Positions 24,481-35,469 of a stretch of DNA of 64,000 bases are shown piece by piece. How positions within the stretch are numbered: position 1 is the first letter of the stretch; the number at the start of each line of letters is the position of its first letter. Made by a program: the position numbers and the translations under genes. The DNA lies in NCBI GenBank assembly GCA_003971905.1, contig RSEE01000028.1, forward strand, positions 558,001 through 622,000, given 5' to 3'. A model generated the notes under the pieces. It saw only the letters and a list, made by a program, of their open reading frames with translations, was not told the DNA's origin and made no database searches. The DNA comes from Moniliella sp. 'wahieum'. Its lineage: Eukaryota.

Positions 24481-25880
24481 CTAGATGATGAAGGTGAGCG
24501 ACATGTCGATGGGGTGACTTGAAGACAACTTTCACACACGGTGGATGTCAGCTGTCAGCACCAAACTTCGCAACAAGATCACAGTTTAAAGACGTACCTG
24601 AGGCTTTTGCGAGTACTTGGCAACCAGTTCGTCGCGGATGGCATTGAGTAGCTGGTTGTAGGTCAGCCGGGGGTACTTGTTCATGACCGTAATGAACGCC
24701 CAGGAGCAAGCCCCAGTTGCCTTGTTGGCCTCAACCGCGTCGGCTGAAGTCTGCGAGTCCTTGCAGCCCGACAGCATCACCACATCAGCCCCGAGGAGCG
24801 GGTACGCTTGGTGATCTCCTCGGCCGAATTCGTGTTCTTGGCTGTCATGGCAGTGTTGAACAAGCCCTTGACCACGCCAGCCAAATCACCTCGAGCATAG
24901 TCCGCCGCAGCACCCAGCACACCCTTTCCAATTCCCCCCAAAATATTGGGTTCCTTGATCTTCCCGCTGGTGGAGTAAACGTAGGAAATCAAGTGCCGTG
25001 CCGTACCGAGTGACACGAATCAAAGATGGCCGTCAAGCGGCAACCAACCGGGAGGGACGGACCATAATGGCATGGAGCTCATCGTCTTCCATCTGGCCCG
25101 CACGCTGGTAATCAAGCGGAATAATGGTCTCGTTCAGACCATCGTCCTCGTCGCCATCATGAGCCGGCGCCTGGCCACCGTGGCCCGAGTAGTGGAAGAA
25201 GAGAGCGTCGCCCGGTTGCGCCCCCTTCACAAGCCAGTGCATGGCAGCAGTCATGTTGGCACGGGTGGGCTTGTTACGCGGGTTCTGGTCACGATCGGTA
25301 AGGACAACATGTCCTCTTGCTTGTAATTGCCCCGGGTAAGCAAAAAGTTGCGAATGTTATCCACATCGTTCCAGCAGCCACGCAGGGCCGCGTTGGTGCC
25401 GACATAGTTGATACCAATCAGCAGCGCCTTGCGCTTGCCCGTCATGGTCGAGTACTCGTAACGCATCCCATTGTCCATGACTTGGCCAGTGGGACGTTCG
25501 TAACGGACAGGCATGTTCTGATACGCCGCCGGTCCATCGGGCCTTGCGGGGGAGCACCCCACCCAGGGGGGGGCCAGAGGGGGAGCAAATCCCCCGGCCG
25601 CGTGCGGAGGGGGGCCAGGGGGCGGGGCAAAGCCGCCCGTCTGGAAGCCAGACATCGGGGGTGGGCCAGGGGGAGGTGCAAAGCCCCCGTATGAGCCGTA
25701 TCCATTGGAGGGAGGGGGCCAGGGGGTGGGGCAAAGCCACCCATGTTGAATCCGCCGGCATTTCCGTGTTGGGGGGAGGAGGGCCAGAGGGGGGGCCCAG
25801 AAACTGGGGGGGGCAGAGGGAGGGATGAAGTCAGCAGGGAGCGTGGAAGAGGATGGTGTGGAGATGGACCTACCCGCCAT
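24481..25880 (-). CDS. MCA1: Metacaspase-1 (type I, Pro-rich prodomain); intron 24529-24597
   Basis: TGKRKALLIGINY, LRGCWNDV, WLVKGAQPGDALFFHYSGHGGQ (catalytic His), AIFDSCHSxT (catalytic Cys, near 25000-25030), SGCKDSQTSADA, and YSQKPQ|LSSSHPIDM. Confidence 0.95.
25570..25750 (-). repeat. Coding repeat GGFAPPPGPPP, about 4 copies, in the metacaspase prodomain
   Basis: Repeated GGCTTTGCCCC/GGCCCCC units on the minus strand. Confidence 0.75.
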
Positions 25881-26979
25881 TGTTGTTGCCGTAAGACATG
25901 TGGGGCGTGAAGCTGGAGGCGAGAGCGTGGGATGTGGGTGGGGCCAGACTCAGACCGAGGAAGCGAGTGAGGTCGGAGGCGAGGTGGTGGCGGGGAAGCA
26001 GGGGGCTTCGGCGACTTGAGGGTGCGGGCTACGCTATGCAAGGGGGGCATTACCTCATCATCTCGCTCCCGGTCGTTCAGTGGCCAGTCACAGGCATCAC
26101 ACCAGCCAACTAGTCGCAGGGCGCGCGAACGCGGTCGGCTGGGGATGCTGCGAGACAGGCATGCTGCGGGCGGTGCCTGCTGCGCCGCGGCGCTTTAAAA
26201 AATCAGATGCCGTAAGGTGTGTGTGACTGCCCGGCTTCCGGCACGACCTTGGCGCAAATCATCTGACGCACTGGACGGCAGAGCGGCGGCTGGCCTGGCA
26301 ATGCCATGCATGCTGATGCGCTGAGGACTCGGCGATGGGGGTGCTGGCGGGGCTGGCAACGGTGGCTGAGCGCTGATGCATGATGGATGGTGGAGCTTGC
26401 CTCCTGGTTGGTGAGGATCTTGAAGCTTGAGCTTGCACGCGAAGCGGCCTGTACATACACGGTGGCACTCGGCCCGCAGCCAGAAAAGCGGGGCCGCGAG
26501 TGCGAACGGGCGCAGCAGCCGCATGCCGGTGTCTGCCGCCATCATTCATCACCCATCGTAACACTGCCGCTGTGCCATCTCCCTCGCACGGCGCCAGTCC
26601 TAGTCCCACCTGCCCACAGCTCACCGGCCACCGTGGCCGCTGAGCCTCAGCGTTCAGGCTGAGGTCAGCAGGTTAGCCATTTTCGGTACCCGGTACCATC
26701 TCCCAGAGTGATGAGATCGATGAGATCTCTGGAGCCTGATGCGGCTGATGGCCCTCGAGGGCGAGGCAATTGCACTAATGTGGGGGGGTGGACTAAGCAA
26801 ACCAGCAATGCCTACATAGGATCATCAAGCAGCCAGTCGCCATCAGGAGGCTGCGGAACGAGAAAAAAACAGAAGCGAGAAAACAACGGAACTCCTAGGC
26901 CTGAGGAAGGGGGGACTCAATTGAATCCTGCCTGCGAAACGGAACAGATGGAGCATGGGGGATGCGAGGAACCACGCGC

Positions 26980-28158
26980 TATAAGATCGAGGCCAATCGT
27001 TCGTTGCTCGATTCAAGGCAGAGGGGATGGCTCGCGTGAATGGGAAGCACGTGTGTGAAGGCAGAGGGCCATGCGTCGACTTTCCCGCTGGCTCTGCTTG
27101 TATGGGGAAGGGCATCTTGGACCGTCCCCCAAGAAGAACCGTCTGGTAAGCTCGAACGGAACTCTGGCGTTGTTGTTCCATGTACTCCCTCCGAAGTCAA
27201 ATTAGTTCTCGAATCCAGAGACACGGCCCGTCGCCCACGTTCGGGGCGGGCTATGTTGTGACGCATCAATCCCTGCTGCTGTTCTCCCACATCATGGACG
27301 CACGATCGTGCCAGTCTTGAAGTTGGATGGGGGTCAGCGACCGAGCAGCATGCGCTTCGCGCTCGCGTTTCCTTCGGGCCACCATCAGCCCCACCAAGGC
27401 CCCCATCAAAGCAATTGCTAGTGCGATGGGGATGGTGAACAGCCAAAATGGTGCCTACTTTATGGCGAGGATGATGTTTGGATAGGTTTGACACGTTTTT
27501 CATCTTGCTAGTGCCGAGGCACCCTGACACGTTGTTTCCCAATTGGACGTTCGTCAATGCCACCCAACTTGCCCACTAGATGACCTTACATTCCCCCCCC
27601 CACGGCAACCTCGACTCGCAGGTCCGTCCTTGCTGGGAAATCGACCTCAGTCCAGTTCCAAAGAGTTACCGGCGGAGGGATGGTCACATCGAGGCGATTG
27701 AGGATGTTGTGGTAGTTCATGACTGTTATTGTCACAGCCTGATCTGGGGTTGCCGTGATGTTGAGAATTGCAGGGAGACATTGGGTGAGTCCCTGCGTTG
27801 GAAACGTCACGTTCAAAAGCCCAGGACCAACCTTGGCACTCACGACGGATTTCTGAGCCTGATAGGATTTGGAGGGGTAATTGGAGCTACGAGTCCGTCT
27901 TGTTGAACCTCCATAAGAAGAGGGGATTGGATTGGGTGCACCACTAGAACTCGTTTTGACCTCATTGCTGGCGGCGGTTGTAGTCGTGACGCCCAAGGCC
28001 GTGTGTTCACCACGCGAAGCGTGGATGAATGTCCCGGATGAAAACGAGTGGAGTGGATGCCCGAGAACGAGGGGTGTAATGACGACACTCTGGGGTCGGA
28101 CGCCAAGGCAGACGAGGGGAAATCGTTGGAATCGAATCGGACTCTGCCGCCGACGCAC
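26980..28158 (-). CDS. Probable single-pass cell-surface protein with a basidiomycete TQC...W...SCL extracellular beta-domain (frameshifted)
   Basis: LTQCLPAILNIT...TLWNWTEVDFPARTDLRVEV...VQLGNNVSGCLG is followed by a TM-like VGTILAV.TIPIALAIALMGALVGLMV segment (about 27375-27460) and then basic residues. Ends are uncertain. Confidence 0.5.
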
Positions 28159-28423
28159 TGTCGGTAGCTAATGATAGACGGATCAATGGCCGGATTGGAG
28201 CTGGCACGGGGCTGGGCAGGTAGCTGCTGCGCGTCCGGGCGTGCAAACTTCTGCGCATGTGGTGGACAACCAAGATGAGCAGGCGCAATTGTAGAAGGGG
28301 CAACCAGATGAAGCAAGAAGAGAGAAGAGGCGGGGAGACAAGGCGAAATATAGACGAGAGTGATGAATGATATACTGACGACAGGCTGACAAAACTGACG
28401 CTCAGCTGGCTGAAGCTGGGCGG

Positions 28424-28480
28424 CGCTGACGCTGACGTTGACGCTGACGCTGACGTGACGCTGACGCTGACGCTGACGCT
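28424..28480. repeat. Hexamer microsatellite (CGCTGA)n, about 9 units with two variants
   Basis: Read directly: cgctgacgctgacgttgacgctgacgctgacgtgacgctgacgctgacgctgacgct. Confidence 0.9.
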
Positions 28481-28769
28481 ACTAATAATAAATCAGTACT
28501 ACTACACTCTCACATCGCATAGACATCGTCACATTGCTTGGGCTGTCGCAGGCCGTCGCCTGCTATCAGCGTAACCACGTTGCCGCTGTCACACGACGGC
28601 CATTACATGTTACAAGTGCAAATAAGTGTGTGGGACAGGCAACTGTTACACTCCGCTATCTGCTGTTCCTTGATGAGTGCCTTTAGTGCTATTGCAAGGG
28701 ACCGTTTGCACGATTACCCGCGGGATCATTCAGATCATCGATCACATCCGCGAAGGTAATATCCAACCT

Positions 28770-29960
28770 AAGTCTTAAGCCCTAATAAAGCCTAAGGCCT
28801 AACGTATTCACGTCGTTAACGTTTAACCACATTTAGCAAGTTATTACTGGTTCCGTTACCGGTGGTCTTGCACCCAACAGGTTACCGCAACTGTGCAGGA
28901 GAAAAAAGTACCCGTTACATGTTTTACAAGAGGCCAAGGCGGAACCGACCTTGCATCCTGAATCAGATGCATGCGGTGCTTATAGCATGCTGATTGTGCC
29001 GATCATGCACTAGAAGTGTTGGGACCCGTGGTCCCGTATATACGCCAAGGTGCCTTATCACCCTTTGCCTCTTAGGCCTTAGGCCTTATTTGACCTCCGA
29101 AGCCTCCACGTGTATACTCAGGCTTGTTTGAACCCCTGTCTCCTCTAGGTGTGGCATAAGGCTTAGACCTGACCACCACCACCGCGATTGCATTTGGCTC
29201 TACCTTTCCAGAGGTTCATCACCCAACCCCTTGGGTTCCTCGGGTCGTACAAGAAGTGGGAGCGCCGAGTGCGGTTTTAAAGACTAGAACGACATAATAG
29301 CAAACCCCACACATAATGGCATTCTGCTGTCGGTGCACAGTCTGTGCTGAAGCTGTAGGCTGTCACACCCAGACAGATCGTGAGGGGATGATGAAGAATG
29401 GAACCTGATTGTGATGGTAATGGTGGGGCTATGCCATCGCCTAGTACGCGCAGAAGAGGGTGGCAGGGCTATGGGTATAATACTCACTGGTATAGAATGA
29501 CGTGACGCGTGACGCGTGACGCTTGGCGTGGCCTCCATACAGGGTGCAGCTGGAGTGCACACTGCCGCGATGGGCGTGTCGCTGTTTGGCCGCTCCGATC
29601 ATAAAATGCCGATGTATGTGCCCGCAGTCTCACATGCTTTCATGATGCATGATGCATGAGCGCATGAGCACCACCCACGTGTGTCATGCATCTGCCACCG
29701 CTTCACGTCGAGGTGATGGGGCCGATGGGGGATCAGTATCACTATCCAATGAGGCTCTAAGTACCCAGTCCCCGAGGTATCTTGAGGCTTGATGAGGCCT
29801 TGAAGCTTGAAGCCTTAGGGAAGTCTGGCCAGAGGGCCACGCGCAACCATTCGTCGAATATGCGCTCAAGATTGAATAACTGAGGCCTGAGGCCCATCTG
29901 ATACATCAGAGGCCAGTTGGGTTTCACAACTCAGCACCAAGTACTCAGTACAAGTGCTAA
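28770..29960. repeat. Intergenic island dense in TNA-[palindrome]-TNA period-7 elements
   Basis: GGCC at 28793, 29072 and 29881; ACGT at 28816; CGCG at 29503; TGCA at 29643; AGCT at 29801; GTAC at 29941. Confidence 0.85.
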
Positions 29961-31403
29961 ATGCACGATCGAAATCCCATACACAGTATTCACGAACCGT
30001 CGCCGGACATCAGACGACGTCCGAGAAAACTGTGCAACTCCGACTGCAACTGTAGCTCTAGCCACCAAAGACATGTTCGTGTGATGCCCAGTTGAGATGT
30101 TGACTCGATGACTAGACGATTCGCACAGTAGTGTCTTTGCTCTTTGGCGGAGTACCGGAGTTGCCTGTAGAATTAATGTGTTTTCTGTTCTTGTTGGTGT
30201 ATAGCAAACGAGGCAACACTACAACTGTTGGCGCTCCCTGCTCTTCTCATCCAACTACCTTTCGTCCGATTGTGTCCACGAGTCTTCCCTTTGCCCCTCC
30301 CCCCTTGCCGAGCACTGAGTATACCGATTCGCCAAAGGGGTTTGTCTTGACTCTTCTCCTGATGAAAGAACTGAGTAAGCTGCACTCTATTCCACGAAGA
30401 GAATGGCGATCCTACTCCCGTTTGCCATCAAGTCACCGTTGAACTACTCCCTCCATTCCCCCTCCTTGTGCTGTTCTCGGTCATTGATATCTGCCTCCAC
30501 TGGGCTCTTCTGTCCTTAAACTCTCTTCTTCCAAGGTTTGGTTATCGCTCCCGTCTGTGGTGCTCTTCTTCGTAGACTTTCAATGTAACAACAGAAGCAC
30601 ATTCATGCGATGCAAAAAGAATCCATGCCGGGGGTATAGGCTGCGTGAAGCTCAACGGCCATGCCACACACTCAGTTCCTTATCGATATTACCCGACTAC
30701 TCCCTTCAAGTATTATGTTCTCTTTGCTGCTGGGCTCTTCAGGGCTTCACTACAGTAGTACCATCCCCTTCAGGAAACAAAACATATGTTAGACAGGCTT
30801 AATCGACACACACAAAGTGACGCTTGCCATTTCTTACATCTTCCCTGGCACAAAGGGGAATTGGGTTATGTAGGCCATGACCAAGTGCATGTTTTGTATG
30901 CCACCCCGGGCTCTTCTACTCATCTCAAGGGCAGTGTCACCCATGAGGCCTGAGGACGCCCAGCACTTTTCGCCAAGCTCATTAACCCCAAGGACCTCAC
31001 CAGTCAGCCCGATAGGCCCCTCGCGGTTCTAAGGACAATATGTCTACGTTTGAGCGGCGGGTAGACGACGTTCATCCGTGTGCGTTCCGCGTCCATAGAA
31101 TTACGAGTCGACATCCGGTAGCCCTGGTAATATGTAGCCCTTATCCCTGGCAACGGGATATTGGCCGCGTCACGATGAATGAAGCAGGGCTGACATGTAA
31201 ACAATGCTGGCCTTCCCCCGTAGTGTTGACATTAGTAGTAGGATATGGCCCTTTACTGTTACATGGCGATACATAGCCCAAGTTCACACCCATTAAGAGG
31301 AACTTGTGCGCCATCATGTATCAGACATCAGGGCTGACAGTGGTTAACCACATGAACGGCGAAACAAGGGGGAATACAAGGCAATGTAGATGTCGGATTC
31401 AGG

Positions 31404-32509
31404 TTATGTATGGGCCCATGGGCAACGGTTATCACGCTCAGCTCCCGTCAACTGGTTCAGCGAAGAGGATGGAGCAAACTCGCGGGTTTCGCGCAACAAC
31501 TGTGGAAGATCTTCCTCCTCGACCTTCTGCAACATTCGACTTCCGTATCCTGGCGACTCGATCCTGAGGCGAAATAAAATTGTCAGTGCACAGGGAAGCC
31601 AGATGCAGACAAACAAAACATACCGGTACGTAGTGGCCTTTTGGGTAATCTCAGGCATTTGGTGCCAGTACCTCATAAAGTAGAAGAAGCGCTCCACCAC
31701 TTCGGGGTTTGCATCGTAGAGATGGATCTCAGCACGCTTCGTCCGACGCCAGAATACTGCTGGCGCTTCTTGTGGACGAAAGGGGACTTGGGCGTTGTCC
31801 ACGTCTCGATCTTCTCTGGTAGACGAACCACGTTGGAAGTGGGGATACGCAAGGCATAAGCAGTCCACCGGGCAAAGTTGGCAAACATGTTCATGCTCTG
31901 CGTCCATTGAGGTTCGGTGCGGTAGCACTCGTACAGTAGCGTCCCCACCAGATACCCATGAGTCTTGGGGAGGGTGGGTGCGACCGTGAACGCCTTGGGC
32001 ACCGGCCCACCCGTCAGCGGCGGCAGCTCCAGACCCTTAAGGTCGGCACCAGCCGCTTCCTCTTCTCCGATACATCCGCTGGGTCTTCACCAGGCTCTGG
32101 CATGCCCTCTGGGACCAAGAGATCGGGACGACGCATTTCGTCAAGCTTCAGGTACCCTGGCTGGGAGGCGGAGATCATAACACTTTGGGGTAGCGGCTGA
32201 CCCGTCAAGTCATGGTATGGAACACGCAGTTTTTACCACCAATACGTCCGGGACCGTGGGGGAACGGAGCAGGTGGGTGAGAAGGAGGAGCAGGATGCTG
32301 AGGCGGGGCAGGCACATTGACATTGGTCTTGTCCTCAAGGCCCCGCTTTAAGCCGAGGAACATCTCGTCCGTGTCGAAAGAAGGCTTGAGGTATGTGCGA
32401 CGCCCAAGCAGAAAAGAAACGCCACAGGAGAGGAAGAGCCGAGGCGCCCTACGCTTCCCACCATGGCGGGGGCAACACGGGCCAGCATGCTCGCTGTCCT
32501 GGGCGCCAT
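31404..32509 (-). CDS. RSM10: Mitochondrial ribosomal protein S10 (uS10m); probable intron 31564-31623; frameshifted
   Basis: A presequence-like start MAPRTASMLARVAPAMVG is followed by FANFARWTAYALRIPTSNVVRLPEKIETWTTPKSPFVHKK..FWRRTKRAEIHLYDANPEVVERF, the S10 signature. Confidence 0.88.
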
Positions 32510-32660
32510 GGGTGGTCGAGGTCAAGGGTGGGGATGAGGCCTGAGGCGGGGAGGCCAGCTCCACCACGAAGAAGATCATAGCCATCTTCCCGGCCAACTC
32601 CGCGTCGGAGCGGAATTGAGCACACAACAAATATTTCAAATCAAACAGCCTCAGTACAGG

Positions 32661-32832
32661 CTGAGCTAAGCTTAGCGCTAAGGCTTAGCGGTCAGCCTGG
32701 GGTAACCGGTAACCGGTAACCAGCTATTAAGAACTTCAAGCTTCATCGACTAATTCGTCTCCCTTGGGCTTTAGCCTCGGGCCTCACGCATGTCACATGG
32801 GATACTCGTCAAGCGTCAAGCTTCAAGCTTCA
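32661..32832. repeat. Cluster of TNA-[palindrome]-TNA period-7 elements upstream of RSM10
   Basis: TTA GCGC TAA (32672), TAA CCGG TAA CCGG TAA (32703), TCA AGCT TCA TCGA (32736), TCA AGCT TCA AGCT TCA (32816). Confidence 0.85.
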
Positions 32833-33114
32833 AGGCGACCAAGACTGCTTCCCCGGATAGGCCCTAGGCTATTGATAGTCTTTCTCACCTGCCGTACCAC
32901 TATCCCTTCTTTGCCCTGACGGGCCACCATTCCTCACTCATCACGGTTTCTCTTTAGGTTGCGGCGAGGCCACCCATCATCCCCGTTTGCGGCAGCTCGC
33001 GTCCACTAAATTTAGGAGGCCGATAGACCAGAAACTAGAAGTACCGTAAGCGCCGCATTGCGATTCTTGACTGTACATGCGCCCGAGAGGATCCACGTAA
33101 CCGGGGAACCGCGT

Positions 33115-33996
33115 TCAAGAGGACGAAAGTTGAGCCTCAAGTTTTCTCCTCTTGGCTCGGAGTTCCTCAATCTCACGTTCGGTCGCACGAACGTTGGCGA
33201 CAGATATTTGGAGGGTATTGCTCACTAGGTTTGACCACTTGGACCCAGCTTGTTCCAGTTGGTGCTTGGTGCTGGGACGTACGTCGGAAGCAGCGAGCTG
33301 GGCGTCACGCCGCGCGCGGTTCACCGAGTTTGTATCTTGTTGTACTTGGGTTAGCGCCGCTTCAGCACGTTTTGCGTCCGTTTCGAGGTTGAAGGTATGC
33401 ATCCTCCATGCGTTGGCGCCATACGTCTTGAGTAACGATACATTTTCTGAGCGAATTTGTTGAGCAGCAAGCTGGACGCGCGCATTGTTCAGCGCTTCCT
33501 GCCACTCTTCCGGAGACGCGCTACTCCCCTTTTCGGGGCCAGGGACGGAAAATTTGGCGGAGTCAAACAGGGCATCTCGCTCCAAAGCATGTCCCTGAAG
33601 AAGCTTGTCGAGATCGGCGCGCGTTTCTGGAGACAACTGTGCTAGCAGGTCAGCATGGTGTGTCTGGTGTTCTGTGGTAACGGAAGCAAAGGCAGCGGAG
33701 GCCAGGGTTGAACCAACCTTGGTTGTAGAACGGTTCCAGTCGTAAGCGGGACCAAGTACTTGTTCCATTCGCTTGTCTACCTGGGCACGGGACGAAGTGC
33801 TGGCTCGTGCCTCGGCCGCGATTTCGGCATCAACACGAGCGCGCCATTTGGGGTCCTCGATCTCGCGGTCGATGTAAGGCAAGGCCGCCGTATGTGGCAC
33901 AAGAAGAGATGTGTACGCCGGTGGCGCAGGTGCACCGGTACTTTGCGTATCCGGTGTGGCAGAGGACACAACAAGCGCGGACGAAGTGGCTGCCAT
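33115..33996 (-). CDS. SPF27: Pre-mRNA splicing factor SPF27/BCAS2 (Cwf7)
   Basis: Intact 293-aa ORF with ALPYIDREIE..RARVDAEIAAE, EEWQEALNNARVQLAAQQIRSENVSLLKTYGANAWRMH and VNRARRDAQ...KWSNLVSNTLQISVA. Confidence 0.9.
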   Translation of the reverse strand: MAATSSALVVSSATPDTQSTGAPAPPAYTSLLVPHTAALPYIDREIEDPKWRARVDAEIAAEARASTSSRAQVDKRMEQVLGPAYDWNRSTTKVGSTLASAAFASVTTEHQTHHADLLAQLSPETRADLDKLLQGHALERDALFDSAKFSVPGPEKGSSASPEEWQEALNNARVQLAAQQIRSENVSLLKTYGANAWRMHTFNLETDAKRAEAALTQVQQDTNSVNRARRDAQLAASDVRPSTKHQLEQAGSKWSNLVSNTLQISVANVRATEREIEELRAKRRKLEAQLSSS

Positions 33997-34684
33997 GGAT
34001 GGGCGAGTGGTACTGGTTGCGGCAGGAGGTGGGTGAGAACGAGATACTGGGCCATATCATACGCGTGATATTATGGCTCACGGCGTAAAATTCCGCCAAG
34101 GTTGCAGTTCCGCTGGGTGTGAGGGATAGCCGCGCTTATGAGCGTAGGCCCTGCTTGGGCCTTTTTTTGGGAGTGCCCATAGTGCTTCACCTACCTACTT
34201 ACCTACCTTGCTTTGGTCCGCGTTCTAGCCTCTTTGTAACCAGTCTGTCCCCTATCTTGACATTTCGCATCCCGACAGACGTCCGGTTCATTTCACACCT
34301 TGCTGGTAGTAACCATTGAGGTGCATTGGACGAAAAGTGGTGCTCTGTATTTTCCCAGACTGCCACATACCCATCTTTCTTTGCGCTACCACATCTGTGG
34401 CACCGTATACCCGTTCCAGAGTGTATCGGCTCGGGCGAATTTTGCAGTACCAAGATTTTGGCATCGTCAACCTCCCCTTGTATTGGCAGAAACGGGTAAC
34501 CAGCAGGCCCGCTAACGAGGTGGTTGGTACCACATTCAGTGCGGCTGTTCGCATGGCCGCATCATGGTTGGGCCATTTCCCTCCCAAATCTTTGTTTCTT
34601 CCGCAGGCGAGAAAGCCCACTACAGGATGGATGAAGGTTGCGCCACGCCCCAGCAACTGGGGCATTGCACAGGTTGGTTGGGGG

Positions 34685-35031
34685 TCATTGCAGATCTCGT
34701 CGGCCGCGAAGTTTGGGTAGGTCGCCGAGGGGGGGAGGTAGATGAGGCGAGTTGCCAAGGCCCAGACAATTGGCGCAGCATGCGATGACCTTGCTGTAAT
34801 CGGTCCTTGATTTGTTCCTTGTCCGTCATGCCCTTGGTCGCATCAAACTCGTCCCGGATCCAGTCCAGTGTCTCGCGTCGCGCTTGCGGATTGGCAATGC
34901 CCCTCGACTCACGCACAATGTTGCGGTAGAGAGCAACGCCCTGGGAGCGCAGAATGAAGTGCTTGAGTCAAGGTCGCGCCGGGGTCCAACTTGCTCGCCG
35001 TCCGTGCCACGGCCATGGAACTGCGCAACAT
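34685..35031 (-). CDS. LYR-motif mitochondrial protein (LYRM2-like; frameshifted)
   Basis: MLRSSMAVARTASKLDPG / LKHFILRSQGVALYRNIVRESRGIANPQARRETLDWIRDEFD...IKDRLQQGHRML; removing one C from a homopolymer gives ...LPKLRGRRDLQ*. Confidence 0.8.
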
Positions 35032-35469
35032 GTTCCCCCACCAGTGGTGGCACTCAGCAAATGCGCCACCTGCCCCCAGTGGAGAGAATCGGAGGATTCC
35101 TGCATCGCACCGCCTCAAGTCATTGAACGTTTCATCAACTAACTCTGGTTTCCTATCGTGCGTCGACTGGACACCATGAGCATTCGCCCGCATACTCTGC
35201 CACCTGCTAGGCGATGCTGGTCATATATTGTTATACGGTTCGTATCTGACTATACGGATCTATGGCTCATGCCAACAGAAAATACATCAATCTGAAAAAG
35301 GGGGGAGAAGGGAGAAAAAAAAAGGCAAGAACACTATAGTGTCAACGCAGATGTTGTGACAAGCTCTTCATCCGGCCGTAGAAAACACGGGAGGCGGGGG
35401 GGGGGGGGGCATCGGCGCGGTATATGAGGGTTGCTCTTGTCGACGAAGGAAAGGATAAGCTGGCAAGGA

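Noticed and set aside
30100..31400. Possible spliced plus-strand gene (acceptor-like site at 30203, GTAAGC at 30375)
   Set aside because: I could not build a coherent reading frame or find a motif, so the evidence is too weak to call.
34288..34758. 156-aa minus-strand ORF as a C-terminal fusion to the LYR protein
   Set aside because: It starts at TTG inside the LYR gene and has no recognisable motif; a one-base homopolymer correction ends the LYR protein naturally at about 34685.
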